DNA from: Spirochaetia bacterium
GTDB lineage: Bacteria; Spirochaetota; Spirochaetia; UBA9216
Assembly (NCBI GenBank): GCA_963675665.1
Contig: OY776510.1
Coordinates: 4,128,001-4,192,000, forward strand
DNA: 64,000 bases
Direction: 5' to 3'
A program made the translations under genes and the position numbers. Of this stretch, positions 40,701-48,170 are shown piece after piece. How positions within the stretch are numbered: position 1 is the first letter of the stretch; each line of letters opens with the position of its first letter. Below the pieces are notes generated by a model. The model was not told where the DNA came from, searched no databases, and worked only from the letters and a program-made list of their open reading frames with translations.

Positions 40701-42015
40701 CGGGAATTATCTTTTCAGTAATGATGTTTCGGGTGTTCATATTTATGATATCAGTAACGAATCCAATCCTGTTGAAATATCCTTTTTTAAATTAGCCGAT
40801 ATTACAGATATCAGGATAAACGATATATACTGCTATATTTTATCGGAGAAGACCGGGTTAAACATTTACGATATTTCCGACATTGAAAATCCTGTTTTTC
40901 TCTCTGATTTCAGTCTTGCTTCCGCCGTGAAAATTGCAGTGACCAGTACTCATGCTTATATAGCTGACGGGTACGGCGGTCTTAAAATTATCAATATAAC
41001 AAATCCGCTGCACCCTGTAATTTTTGATTCAATCGAGAGCGGAAATACAACGGCTGTCGACCTTCTTGGAGAATATGTCATTATAGCTGAAGAAAAAGGC
41101 TTGTCTGCAATTCAGACATTTATTCAGGGTATTTCATTTGTTCTCAACAAAATTTTTCTTAACGGTAAAATATCAAATATTTCATTATTCAGAAACTTTG
41201 CTTTTGTTCCCGCAAAAGAGCATGGTCTAAAAGTGCTGGATGTATCTTCTCCTTCAGCACCTGCAGAACTTGAAACTGCTCCGGGAATAGAATACAGCAG
41301 CATTGCCGGAATCTCAGGTAACAGGTTAATTCTTAATACCTCTTCCGATACAATTAATATTTATGATATTAATACAGCTCATCCGGAAATTCTGTCAGGC
41401 TCACCTGCTGTTGTAACTCTTCTTTCGGATATTAAAAACATCAGTATAAATAACAACTCCGCCGGAGAAGAGATTTTATGTGTCTGCACTGACGGCGGCG
41501 GCGTCTCATTTATCAGAAACGGTGAACTTTCCGGAAATATAAAATCAATAGACACAAGAGAATGCCTGTTAGTCAATGAAACAGCCTATTTAAGCGATCA
41601 CAGGGCCGGGTTAATGATTTATGATGTTTCTGATTTGGATAATCCTGAATTTTTATCCAGTATTGAAATTCAGAATGCTGATTTTATGCTGATCGGCGAA
41701 AACCATTTATATTTGTCAGGCAGAAAGGGCATCCATATTTTTGATATAACCATCCCTACAGAACCTGAAGAGACCGGGTTTATTAAAACATCCTACGCTG
41801 AAAAAGCTGTATTAAGAAAGAAGTTTCTTTATGTTGCTGAAGGCTACAAAGGCCTGAAAGTCTATGATATAAGTAATCCTTCAAATCCCCAGCTGGTAAG
41901 CCTGTGCGATACTGTTTACGCTTCAGACCTTGCAGTATCGGATGATTATGTATTTATCACGGACGGTACCGGAATCAATACTGTCAGAGTATTCATTCCC
42001 GACTGGCTAAAATAA
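37786..42015 (+). CDS. Large lipoprotein with disordered linker, Ig-like and FN3 domains, and LVIVD repeats
   Basis: AYSSC lipobox from ATG 37786; I.SP...Y Ig modules; W...YTL/IYRS FN3; many GxYAYIA..xGL.I.DISxP repeats. Confidence 0.88.
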   Translation: MKTVKTVAAVLIICLAYSSCGKKQEEAGSETSAQKSIPAVESPAEPVAEPETNAVTEPWPEENNTQPETSSPYTQEDLSDVKEPPVYPPAEKLSKASTSRDNTGITTQTPARTLGESFLAVMVDKESGLDPVVKPLHELVIVPEQVTVPEPVTASAGTGAALPVIIETDSPEIMLVNPEFTSFYEEQVEVRGYFSGFSNIESAGWELAGTEQKGELPKINNEFFSFTIDTTGLTDTLAVRIKAASSSGNTAEALRILLNDNTGPGINITQPANNSLLSEAEYIRGKSGKSSEIHAEIIGSSITYPVSQGPDGSFTIDTVDMINSSGFSGADDEDIIVKLTADDFNGNSSTEFLALKQKNQTNAIIIKSPADADFFGDEITVSGTVNGISGLDWDIPGTGLSGTVPLADQAFELPLRLSGLGDRMILRFSGKVSGAAVSTTIRLTNMGKTPAVAVASPVYDQFYKDSVTLSGDVGGNEGASIDSIKSLYWGIPGTENTGNLLFFDVDGKFNLDIYTGNYSGVLPLEITVEDYNSNISSQILKLLDGKALPSIKLAMPSSGSEYGAFIDIAGKIFDPYSGTPYGGIREALYEIVSTENYKSEPLKGAIELSDDYGFILQIPAIELDGDQQIILTATASNDNFSEQIIPVRKSEYDITSFSLSAVDGTITADWNPIQSESSYTLQLTDDGSEPSEGNPVLFENAYPPFSISGLENGKLYKARILAETVYGTLSSSTQSAIPVSPATFSLSASGEFKKIKLDWKDLIGSDTFTIYRSENKNTDYQLLKSSISKSEYTDRDIMYGKNYYYYVTPDNYEYAKSGIAASSMQQAPKERLQMLNSISSFTASDINVTGSYAYIAAGKDGLRIVDLTDPDDLFVTGAVEGIQADAVTVRGEYAYIAGGDSGLNIVNISDPAVPFVVGNRTTIEASDICLKDNYAYIADKASGIKIINISDSKNPSRSGTVNDVNSSVVSVSGNYLFSNDVSGVHIYDISNESNPVEISFFKLADITDIRINDIYCYILSEKTGLNIYDISDIENPVFLSDFSLASAVKIAVTSTHAYIADGYGGLKIINITNPLHPVIFDSIESGNTTAVDLLGEYVIIAEEKGLSAIQTFIQGISFVLNKIFLNGKISNISLFRNFAFVPAKEHGLKVLDVSSPSAPAELETAPGIEYSSIAGISGNRLILNTSSDTINIYDINTAHPEILSGSPAVVTLLSDIKNISINNNSAGEEILCVCTDGGGVSFIRNGELSGNIKSIDTRECLLVNETAYLSDHRAGLMIYDVSDLDNPEFLSSIEIQNADFMLIGENHLYLSGRKGIHIFDITIPTEPEETGFIKTSYAEKAVLRKKFLYVAEGYKGLKVYDISNPSNPQLVSLCDTVYASDLAVSDDYVFITDGTGINTVRVFIPDWLK

Positions 42016-42045
42016 AAGGGATACGGCCCATCAGAGCTGTATCCC
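42014..42045. terminator. Hairpin between convergent genes (intrinsic terminator, U-tract on minus strand)
   Basis: AAAA-GGGATACGGC-N8-GCTGTATCCC. Confidence 0.65.
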
Positions 42046-42068
42046 CATTCGTTTTGTATCTTAATTAT

Positions 42069-42965
42069 CTAAAGATTATTTTTGTATGATTTTGCAGCTT
42101 TCGCAGTTTCCGAACCGGGATCCAGCGCGATCAGCTTGTTTATAGCGGTTTGTGCTGCATTCTTGTTACCGCTGTTATTTCCTGCTACTGCAATCATGAA
42201 ATAAATATCCTGCAGTTTCTGAGGAGTATTCTTTCCTGCTGAAACATCATAATCTTCAAGAAAGCTGAAAGCTTCATCGTAAGCGAAACTTTCTACCAGC
42301 AACTGGCCTTTCAGAAGATAAAAATCGGTATAATACTCTGAATCATCTTCTACATCAGCCATATCCAGGTTTGTCAAAGCATCTGCATAATTACCGCCTA
42401 GTGCTGCAGTCAAGCCGAGAAAATACAGTGCTTCGCTTTCTTCATATAAATCAGCTGCATAATCATATGCTTCTGAAAAATAAGATTCGGCTTCTTCAAG
42501 ATCTCCTTCTTCAAGAGCACTCTTTCCGTCTGATATAAGTTCTGCAGTTTCACTGCTCATCCAGTCAACAGTAACGGTTTCTGCCTCTGCAGCTCGAACT
42601 CCTCCGACTGTCGTCTGGGTTTTATTTGAATCTTCCTGCAACAGGGTTTTAAATTTTCCCGAAAAAAGCGACCCCATACCTGCATTGGCTACATCGTTTT
42701 TGGCCCCGACCAGTTTTTTAAGTTCGTATGTTCCGGCTCTGGACAGCTTGATGGTATCGTTGCCGTAGAGAAATTCTGCATAGGAATCCTCATCAAGTCG
42801 TACAACCGCATCTTCGGGTAACGAATCACCTATAAATACTTCATACCAACTGCCGCTTTCCTTTACATCAAGTATTCCGTCAACATATTCGGTGATAAAA
42901 TCAAGGGAAATTGCCGGGAAAACTGCAATAATCAACAGACCTGCAAGCGCGATTAATTTCTTCAT
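42069..42965 (-). CDS. Exported protein with FecR-like beta domain and TPR repeats
   Basis: Signal peptide from ATG 42965 (AGAAGG RBS); W..V.IGD.L....VRL..DSYAEF motif; TPRs. Confidence 0.7.
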   Translation of the reverse strand: MKKLIALAGLLIIAVFPAISLDFITEYVDGILDVKESGSWYEVFIGDSLPEDAVVRLDEDSYAEFLYGNDTIKLSRAGTYELKKLVGAKNDVANAGMGSLFSGKFKTLLQEDSNKTQTTVGGVRAAEAETVTVDWMSSETAELISDGKSALEEGDLEEAESYFSEAYDYAADLYEESEALYFLGLTAALGGNYADALTNLDMADVEDDSEYYTDFYLLKGQLLVESFAYDEAFSFLEDYDVSAGKNTPQKLQDIYFMIAVAGNNSGNKNAAQTAINKLIALDPGSETAKAAKSYKNNL

Positions 42966-43033
42966 ATACAACCTTCTCTTCTTCTTTATAATTATCTGCT
43001 TTTAATATACCACATTGAGTTACATAATCCAAT

Positions 43034-43327
43034 TTAATGAGCCGGATTTACAGATATTTTAACTATTGCATTATTTACGGCCTTTTTTACTTCTTCTCCG
43101 TAGTCCGTGTTATTCAGACTTCCGGCATAGACCTTGCCCAGTAATGAAACCCGGTAAAAAGGTTTAACGGTATTGAGTGCAAGAGCAGCCATATCAAGAA
43201 CGCAGTCCTGACATTTACAAACATCGGAAGCCCAGTCTTCATTCAGTTGACTTTCGAGTTCTTCAAAAACAAGACTTTCCGCTTCATTTTCCAGATAATC
43301 CAGTTCATATTCTTCTCTGAAACCCAT
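43034..43327 (-). CDS. ComFB-family protein
   Basis: ATG 43327 after AGGAG; LENEAESLV...CKCQDCVLDMAALALN..P.Y motif. Confidence 0.88.
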   Translation of the reverse strand: MGFREEYELDYLENEAESLVFEELESQLNEDWASDVCKCQDCVLDMAALALNTVKPFYRVSLLGKVYAGSLNNTDYGEEVKKAVNNAIVKISVNPAH

Positions 43328-43367
43328 AAATAACTCCTGTAATACCTTCCATTTCGGATGGCGGAAT

Positions 43368-44708
43368 TCAATTGTATTCTTTCGAATGTGATTCAAATCT
43401 AGTATATTGCGGAACGAAGACCAAATCAACCTTTCCAACCGGACCATTTCTCTGTTTTGCAACAATTAATTCGGTTTTCCGTCCTGCATCTGAACCTTCT
43501 TCTCCCGAACTGATTCTTTCGCGGTGCAGAAACATTACAACATCGGCATCCTGCTCCAGCGAGCCTGATTCTCTAAGGTCAGAGAGCCTGGGAGGTTCTC
43601 CTTCAGCCTGACGTCCGACCTGCGAAAGGCACACGACAGGAATCTCAAGTTCACGGGCCAGAGCTTTAAGCGAACGCGATATTTCACCAATCTGTTCGTG
43701 TCTCGGTGTCTTGCCCTTGTTTTCAGGCTCAATGAGACCTATATAGTCAATAAAAATTATTTTAACATCTTCCTGCGCTTTCATTCGCCTTGCGGTTGAA
43801 CGTATCTGCAGAAGCTTCATGTTAGGCGAGTCATCAATGAATAGCGGCGCTTCATAAATCCTGGAGGCGGCGCCGGTCAGTTTTGCAAAATCGGAATTTT
43901 TCAGCATTCCGGAACGAAGGTGGCTTGAATTAATTTTTGCTTCAGATGAAACAAGACGCTGCATCAGCGCCATATCGGACATTTCAAGAGAAAAGAAGCC
44001 TGCGCTTGTTCCCTGATCGACAGTGATATTTGCAGCCATAGTAAGCGCCAGAGCGGTTTTTCCTATCGACGGACGCGCCCCTATTATAATGAATTCCGAT
44101 TTCTGAAAGCCGCTGGTCATCTGATCAAGATCGGTAAAGCCTGACGGGACGCCCGTATATGCTTCTTTCGTATGATACAGCTTCTCTATGGCGTCGATCG
44201 TTTTGGAAACAACCTCTCCGGCGTTTTTGTACATTGCGTTGCTGTTGGAATCGCTTATGTCAAATATTGCCTTTTCGGAATCTTCAATTATTTCACTGCC
44301 CTCACGAGTTTCATCATGAGCGCTTTTTATCATGTCCTGGGCTGTTATTATCAATCTTCGTCTTACGCTGCAGTCATGAACTATCTTTGCGTAATATTCA
44401 ACATTTGCCGATGTAGGAACAAAATCGGATAATGTTGATATGTAGGCGGCGCCCCCGCATTGTTCCAAATCACCCTTGTCACGCAGTTTCTCAGCAAGTG
44501 TAATCAGATCAATAGGCTCCGACTGGTTCGACAGGTCTATAATTGCCTGAAATATTTTTTTATGTGCAGTTCTATAAAAATCATCAGCCCTCAGAAACCT
44601 GAGGACTGTGTCGATGGCATCCTGATCGAGAAGTACCGCACCAAGCGAAGCTTTTTCAGCATCGTCATTATGGGGCGGTACTTTATCCTTCAGGATTTCC
44701 GGTGTCAT
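43368..44708 (-). CDS. dnaB: Replicative DNA helicase
   Basis: PPHNDDAE, GARPSIGKT, SLEMS, DLRESGSLEQDAD and KQRNGP motifs; no intein. Confidence 0.98.
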   Translation of the reverse strand: MTPEILKDKVPPHNDDAEKASLGAVLLDQDAIDTVLRFLRADDFYRTAHKKIFQAIIDLSNQSEPIDLITLAEKLRDKGDLEQCGGAAYISTLSDFVPTSANVEYYAKIVHDCSVRRRLIITAQDMIKSAHDETREGSEIIEDSEKAIFDISDSNSNAMYKNAGEVVSKTIDAIEKLYHTKEAYTGVPSGFTDLDQMTSGFQKSEFIIIGARPSIGKTALALTMAANITVDQGTSAGFFSLEMSDMALMQRLVSSEAKINSSHLRSGMLKNSDFAKLTGAASRIYEAPLFIDDSPNMKLLQIRSTARRMKAQEDVKIIFIDYIGLIEPENKGKTPRHEQIGEISRSLKALARELEIPVVCLSQVGRQAEGEPPRLSDLRESGSLEQDADVVMFLHRERISSGEEGSDAGRKTELIVAKQRNGPVGKVDLVFVPQYTRFESHSKEYN

Positions 44709-44721
44709 GTCTCCTCAGACT

Positions 44722-45399
44722 CTATTCTTCTTCGGATGAATCTTCGTCTTCTTCCGATTCTTCTTCAGATGCTTCGTCGTCATCAGCCTCAGAAACTTCG
44801 GCATCTTCAGCTTCAACATCGTTGTCATCTTCAGCAACAGCCTCTTCAGCGGCAGCTTCTGATGCCGCTTTCTTCTCGGCAGCCTCTTCAGCTTTCTGTG
44901 CTTTTGATTTGGCAGCTTCAAGTTTTCTGGCCAATGCAGCCTCAGCTTTGCCGTCTGTGCTTGCAACATTAACTTCTATCTTTGCAATTTCACCGCTGTA
45001 GAGTTTAATCAGGACAGTATATTTACCGACCATTTTGATTGAACTTGAAGCAACTTCAATCTTCTTTTTCTCTACATTGATGCCCTCTTTTTCCAGTGCT
45101 GCGGCAATTACAGCATTATTTACCGAACCGAAAAGCTTACCGGTTTCTCCGGCAGGCATTTTTACAGTAAGCGAAATATCTTCAAGCTGCTGTTTAAGAC
45201 TCTGTGCAGTCTTTCTTTTTTCCTCTTTTCTCTTTTCGATCGCTTCTTTTCTGCTTTCGAAAACAGCAAGATTCTGTTTGTTGTAAGCAACTCCCAGACC
45301 CTGAGGTAAAAGGTAATTTCTTGCATAGCCGTTGGCTACTTCGCAGACATCCCCTTCTTCTCCGAGATTATATACATCTTCGTTAAGTATTATCTTCAC
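44722..45399 (-). CDS. rplI: 50S ribosomal protein L9 with long acidic C-terminal extension
   Basis: GTG start 45399 (MKIILNEDVYNLG..G.ARNYLLP); KLFGSV motif; AAGGAG RBS. Confidence 0.96.
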   Translation of the reverse strand: MKIILNEDVYNLGEEGDVCEVANGYARNYLLPQGLGVAYNKQNLAVFESRKEAIEKRKEEKRKTAQSLKQQLEDISLTVKMPAGETGKLFGSVNNAVIAAALEKEGINVEKKKIEVASSSIKMVGKYTVLIKLYSGEIAKIEVNVASTDGKAEAALARKLEAAKSKAQKAEEAAEKKAASEAAAEEAVAEDDNDVEAEDAEVSEADDDEASEEESEEDEDSSEEE

Positions 45400-45401
45400 G
45401 A

Positions 45402-46397
45402 TTAAGTACTCCTTATAGAATTTCGTAAATTTATCCAGGTTTCGGAAATTCCGAAAACCGGAAGTCCTATCATCACAACATAATTCACACCCGGCATTGC
45501 AAGCATCAGAAGCAGAATAAATTCTGTCATAAGCCTCAAACCTTGCGGTAATTTGAATTTTATAAACAGACTTCTGAGGATTCCCAATCCCTGCAGACCG
45601 TAAATAAACATCAGTATAATACCCGCATTCCATATTACCGGTGAAGCGTATCCAAGTTCTATAAACTCAAATATCTCTACCAGCATTCCTACCGCCGTCA
45701 GCAGCATCGGCCAAAGAAGTACTTCAGGCACCTTGAACAGGGTCAAAGACAGAATCTCACGTCTTTGAAGTCTGTATAGAACAACTTCCGCTGCTCTCGC
45801 TGAAATCAACAGTATGAAAAAATACATTGCTGCTGCAGATTTCATATAGAAACTCTTCATATATCCCAGCAGACCTTCATCACCTATATAGGTTTTTACG
45901 ATCTCGCCTTCATATGTTTCAGAGCCCGCCCCAAGCATTACTCCGCCTATTGCATTTATCTGGTTTGTTATTGCTTCCATAAACACCTCATTACTTTTAA
46001 GCATTATGAAAACAGGAACACAGATAATAACTGCGGCAAATGTGGCAATAAAAAGTCTGTAAAGCCTTCTTAATCCTGATATGACAGGAATTATGTCTAT
46101 AACAAAGAACATTCCAAGCATTAACAGTATCGGGATAATCATCTCGATAACAGTCAGCGCTCCGCGCATGTCGGCATCGGCTACCGACCGAATCCTCCAG
46201 ACCGCCAGGATAACAAGCAGAAATATTGTAATTCCAGCTCCTATCAGCAGGTCCTCGGCTCCTCTCCTGTAGTACAGGGTATAAAGCGGAACAGTATATA
46301 AAAGAACCAGAAAACCGAACTGACTGAAAACTACAGACAGTATTACGGTTATCAGAATTTCCTTTAACCTTATGTTTCGCCCCTGAGTCAGAAGCAT
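45402..46397 (-). CDS. DUF2232/YybS-family membrane protein
   Basis: Multi-TM; LQGLG motif; lies between rpsR and rplI. Confidence 0.8.
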   Translation of the reverse strand: MLLTQGRNIRLKEILITVILSVVFSQFGFLVLLYTVPLYTLYYRRGAEDLLIGAGITIFLLVILAVWRIRSVADADMRGALTVIEMIIPILLMLGMFFVIDIIPVISGLRRLYRLFIATFAAVIICVPVFIMLKSNEVFMEAITNQINAIGGVMLGAGSETYEGEIVKTYIGDEGLLGYMKSFYMKSAAAMYFFILLISARAAEVVLYRLQRREILSLTLFKVPEVLLWPMLLTAVGMLVEIFEFIELGYASPVIWNAGIILMFIYGLQGLGILRSLFIKFKLPQGLRLMTEFILLLMLAMPGVNYVVMIGLPVFGISETWINLRNSIRST

Positions 46398-46399
46398 AT

Positions 46400-46696
46400 T
46401 TATCTCTTCATAAACGGCAGAAGAGCTATAACCCTTGCCCGCTTGATTTCCCTGGCAAGCTGCCTCTGGTGTTTTGCACAGGTGCCTGTGATTCTTCTTG
46501 GAAGAATCTTTCCGCTTTCCGTTACGAATCTGCGAAGTACTTCAGGATTTTTATAATCCATAACTACTTTCTGTGTACAGAACCTGCAAACCTTCTTTCT
46601 GAAGAAGGATTTGTTTCTTGGGCCGCCTCTGTAACCGCCCTTGTCATCACTGCCCCGATCCCGATCGTCGGAACCTCTCTTTATGTCATCACTCAT
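46400..46696 (-). CDS. rpsR: 30S ribosomal protein S18 (Zn-binding C+ form) with N-terminal extension
   Basis: CRFC...DYKN...[17 protein letters not shown]. Confidence 0.97.
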   Translation of the reverse strand: MSDDIKRGSDDRDRGSDDKGGYRGGPRNKSFFRKKVCRFCTQKVVMDYKNPEVLRRFVTESGKILPRRITGTCAKHQRQLAREIKRARVIALLPFMKR

Positions 46697-46711
46697 GTGT
46701 AACTACTCCTG

Positions 46712-47212
46712 TTAGAATGGTATATCATCCTCAAAATCCGCAGAATAATTATTGTCGGGTTGAAACTTGTCATTTCCACCCTGCTGGAAGTTATTTCCCC
46801 CGCCTTGCGGCCCGTTTCCATATCCTCCATTCATTCCGCCCTGCTGAAAACCTCCGCCCTGTGCAGATCCCTGCATTCCGCCGCCGGCACGACTGCCCAG
46901 CAGCTGAATATTGTTGGCCAGGATTTTCACTTTGCTTCTTTTGTTTCCGTCCTGCTCCCAGCGGTCCTGTGTCAGTGTGCCTTCAACAGCTACCTGCTGA
47001 CCTTTCGTAAGATACTGGTTTAGTCCTTCAGCCCGTTTCCCGAACAGTGCCAAATCAAAAAATGAAACCTCATCTTCCCAGTTATCCCCGGACCTCTTTC
47101 TGCGGTTAACTGCAAGTGAAAAGCTGCTTACGGCAAGACCGGAATTCGTGTATTTCAACTCCGCGTCTCTGGTAAGTCTGCCGATTAAGATTACATAATT
47201 TACATCTTCCAT
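46712..47212 (-). CDS. ssb: Single-stranded DNA-binding protein
   Basis: NYVILIGRLTRD; Gly/Gln linker; C-terminal DDIPF. Confidence 0.98.
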   Translation of the reverse strand: MEDVNYVILIGRLTRDAELKYTNSGLAVSSFSLAVNRRKRSGDNWEDEVSFFDLALFGKRAEGLNQYLTKGQQVAVEGTLTQDRWEQDGNKRSKVKILANNIQLLGSRAGGGMQGSAQGGGFQQGGMNGGYGNGPQGGGNNFQQGGNDKFQPDNNYSADFEDDIPF

Positions 47213-47235
47213 TTTTGGCTCCTGATTTTTGAGAT

Positions 47236-47517
47236 TTACTTCTCTTTTTTAACGAACATGAATTTCAGAACTTCGTTAAAGAGTTTTATATTCTTTTCAA
47301 TTGTAACGATTGAGTCAGGTTTAAGTTCGAGATCGAAAAAATAATAATGTCCTCTTGATTCTTTCTTGATCTGATAAGCAAGCTCACGGTCGCCCATATC
47401 GTCCTCTTTGACAATATTGGCCCCTGCCTTTTTTAACTCTTCTTTTACCTTCTCAAGCCCGCCGTTATAAGCGTCGGCTTCAGTCCGAAAAATAAAAACT
47501 GCTTCGTAGTTTCTCAT
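47236..47517 (-). CDS. rpsF: 30S ribosomal protein S6
   Basis: MRNYE...G.RELAY.I...GHY. Confidence 0.96.
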   Translation of the reverse strand: MRNYEAVFIFRTEADAYNGGLEKVKEELKKAGANIVKEDDMGDRELAYQIKKESRGHYYFFDLELKPDSIVTIEKNIKLFNEVLKFMFVKKEK

Positions 47518-47575
47518 TTTTCCTCCCTATGGTCTTAATGATCCGCATTTCATACCGATACGGATAAAGAGGTCA
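47518..47575 (-). promoter_or_regulatory. Probable S6:S18-type rpsF leader
   Basis: On the mRNA, CCTCTTTAT can pair with ATAGGGAGG (the SD); inner stem ATCCGTAT/ATGCGGAT. Confidence 0.5.
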
Positions 47576-47579
47576 CGAT

Positions 47580-47608
47580 AAACTACCACAGGGAAAGAGC
47601 TTAGTCAA
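47580..47608 (-). promoter_or_regulatory. Sigma70-type promoter of the rpsF operon
   Basis: TTGACT-N17-TAGTTT with a TG extended -10. Confidence 0.6.
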
Positions 47609-47710
47609 GGCGGGGGATAATTCCCAAAGTGCATTATTATTATCATTGACGAATCTCCGGTATTGTTAATCCTACAGCCATAGCTTTTTTATTCCGAAAA
47701 TAAAGATATT

Positions 47711-48166
47711 ATGGCAAGTATGATTCATTATGAAGAAGATCTGTTTCTGCTCAAGGAAATGCTCAGGACCCTGCGACGGGGCTGCAGTATCAGTATTGAT
47801 TCATCGATATTTCTCGAATATACGGTTAACCAGCTGCTTTTCATAAGCAAGGCGCTGAAAGAGCTGTATTCGACCATTTCAGAGGCAAGTCATATAAAAT
47901 CTCCTGAACAAATCAGAAACATACTGAGGGTGTCATCGGGTTACAGGGGACTTCTTGACGATCTTGTCAACGACAGGCTGAAATTCAGCGAATTTACCCG
48001 TAACTACACTGATGACTTCAAATCAATTGAAGAAGAACATAGAAAAGAATCAGCCAGAATAAAAGAACTTCTTCTATCGATTACCGCAGAAGACGAAAGC
48101 GAAGAGCTTGTTTCCGAAGAAGAGTTCATGTTTCTTTTCAGGGAAGATGAAAACGGGGAAGAATAG
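47711..48166 (+). CDS. Hypothetical helical protein
   Basis: 151 aa, all-helical, acidic C-terminus. Confidence 0.75.
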   Translation: MASMIHYEEDLFLLKEMLRTLRRGCSISIDSSIFLEYTVNQLLFISKALKELYSTISEASHIKSPEQIRNILRVSSGYRGLLDDLVNDRLKFSEFTRNYTDDFKSIEEEHRKESARIKELLLSITAEDESEELVSEEEFMFLFREDENGEE

Positions 48167-48170
48167 ACTC

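Noticed and set aside
34479-42015. Possible CRISPR, DGR or shufflon repeats
   Set aside because: The repeats are degenerate, in-frame protein repeats; there are no identical spacer-separated units and no cas, reverse transcriptase or recombinase gene.
43328-43465. Extended start of the ComFB ORF
   Set aside because: It overlaps dnaB; ATG 43327 follows AGGAG.
45400-45633. Cys-rich N-terminal extension of L9 in the ORF track
   Set aside because: It overlaps the DUF2232 gene in another frame; the true GTG start at 45399 has an RBS.
47632-47650. Fur-box-like sequence (14/19 match)
   Set aside because: Low-complexity ATT repeat; the flanking genes have no evident link to iron.
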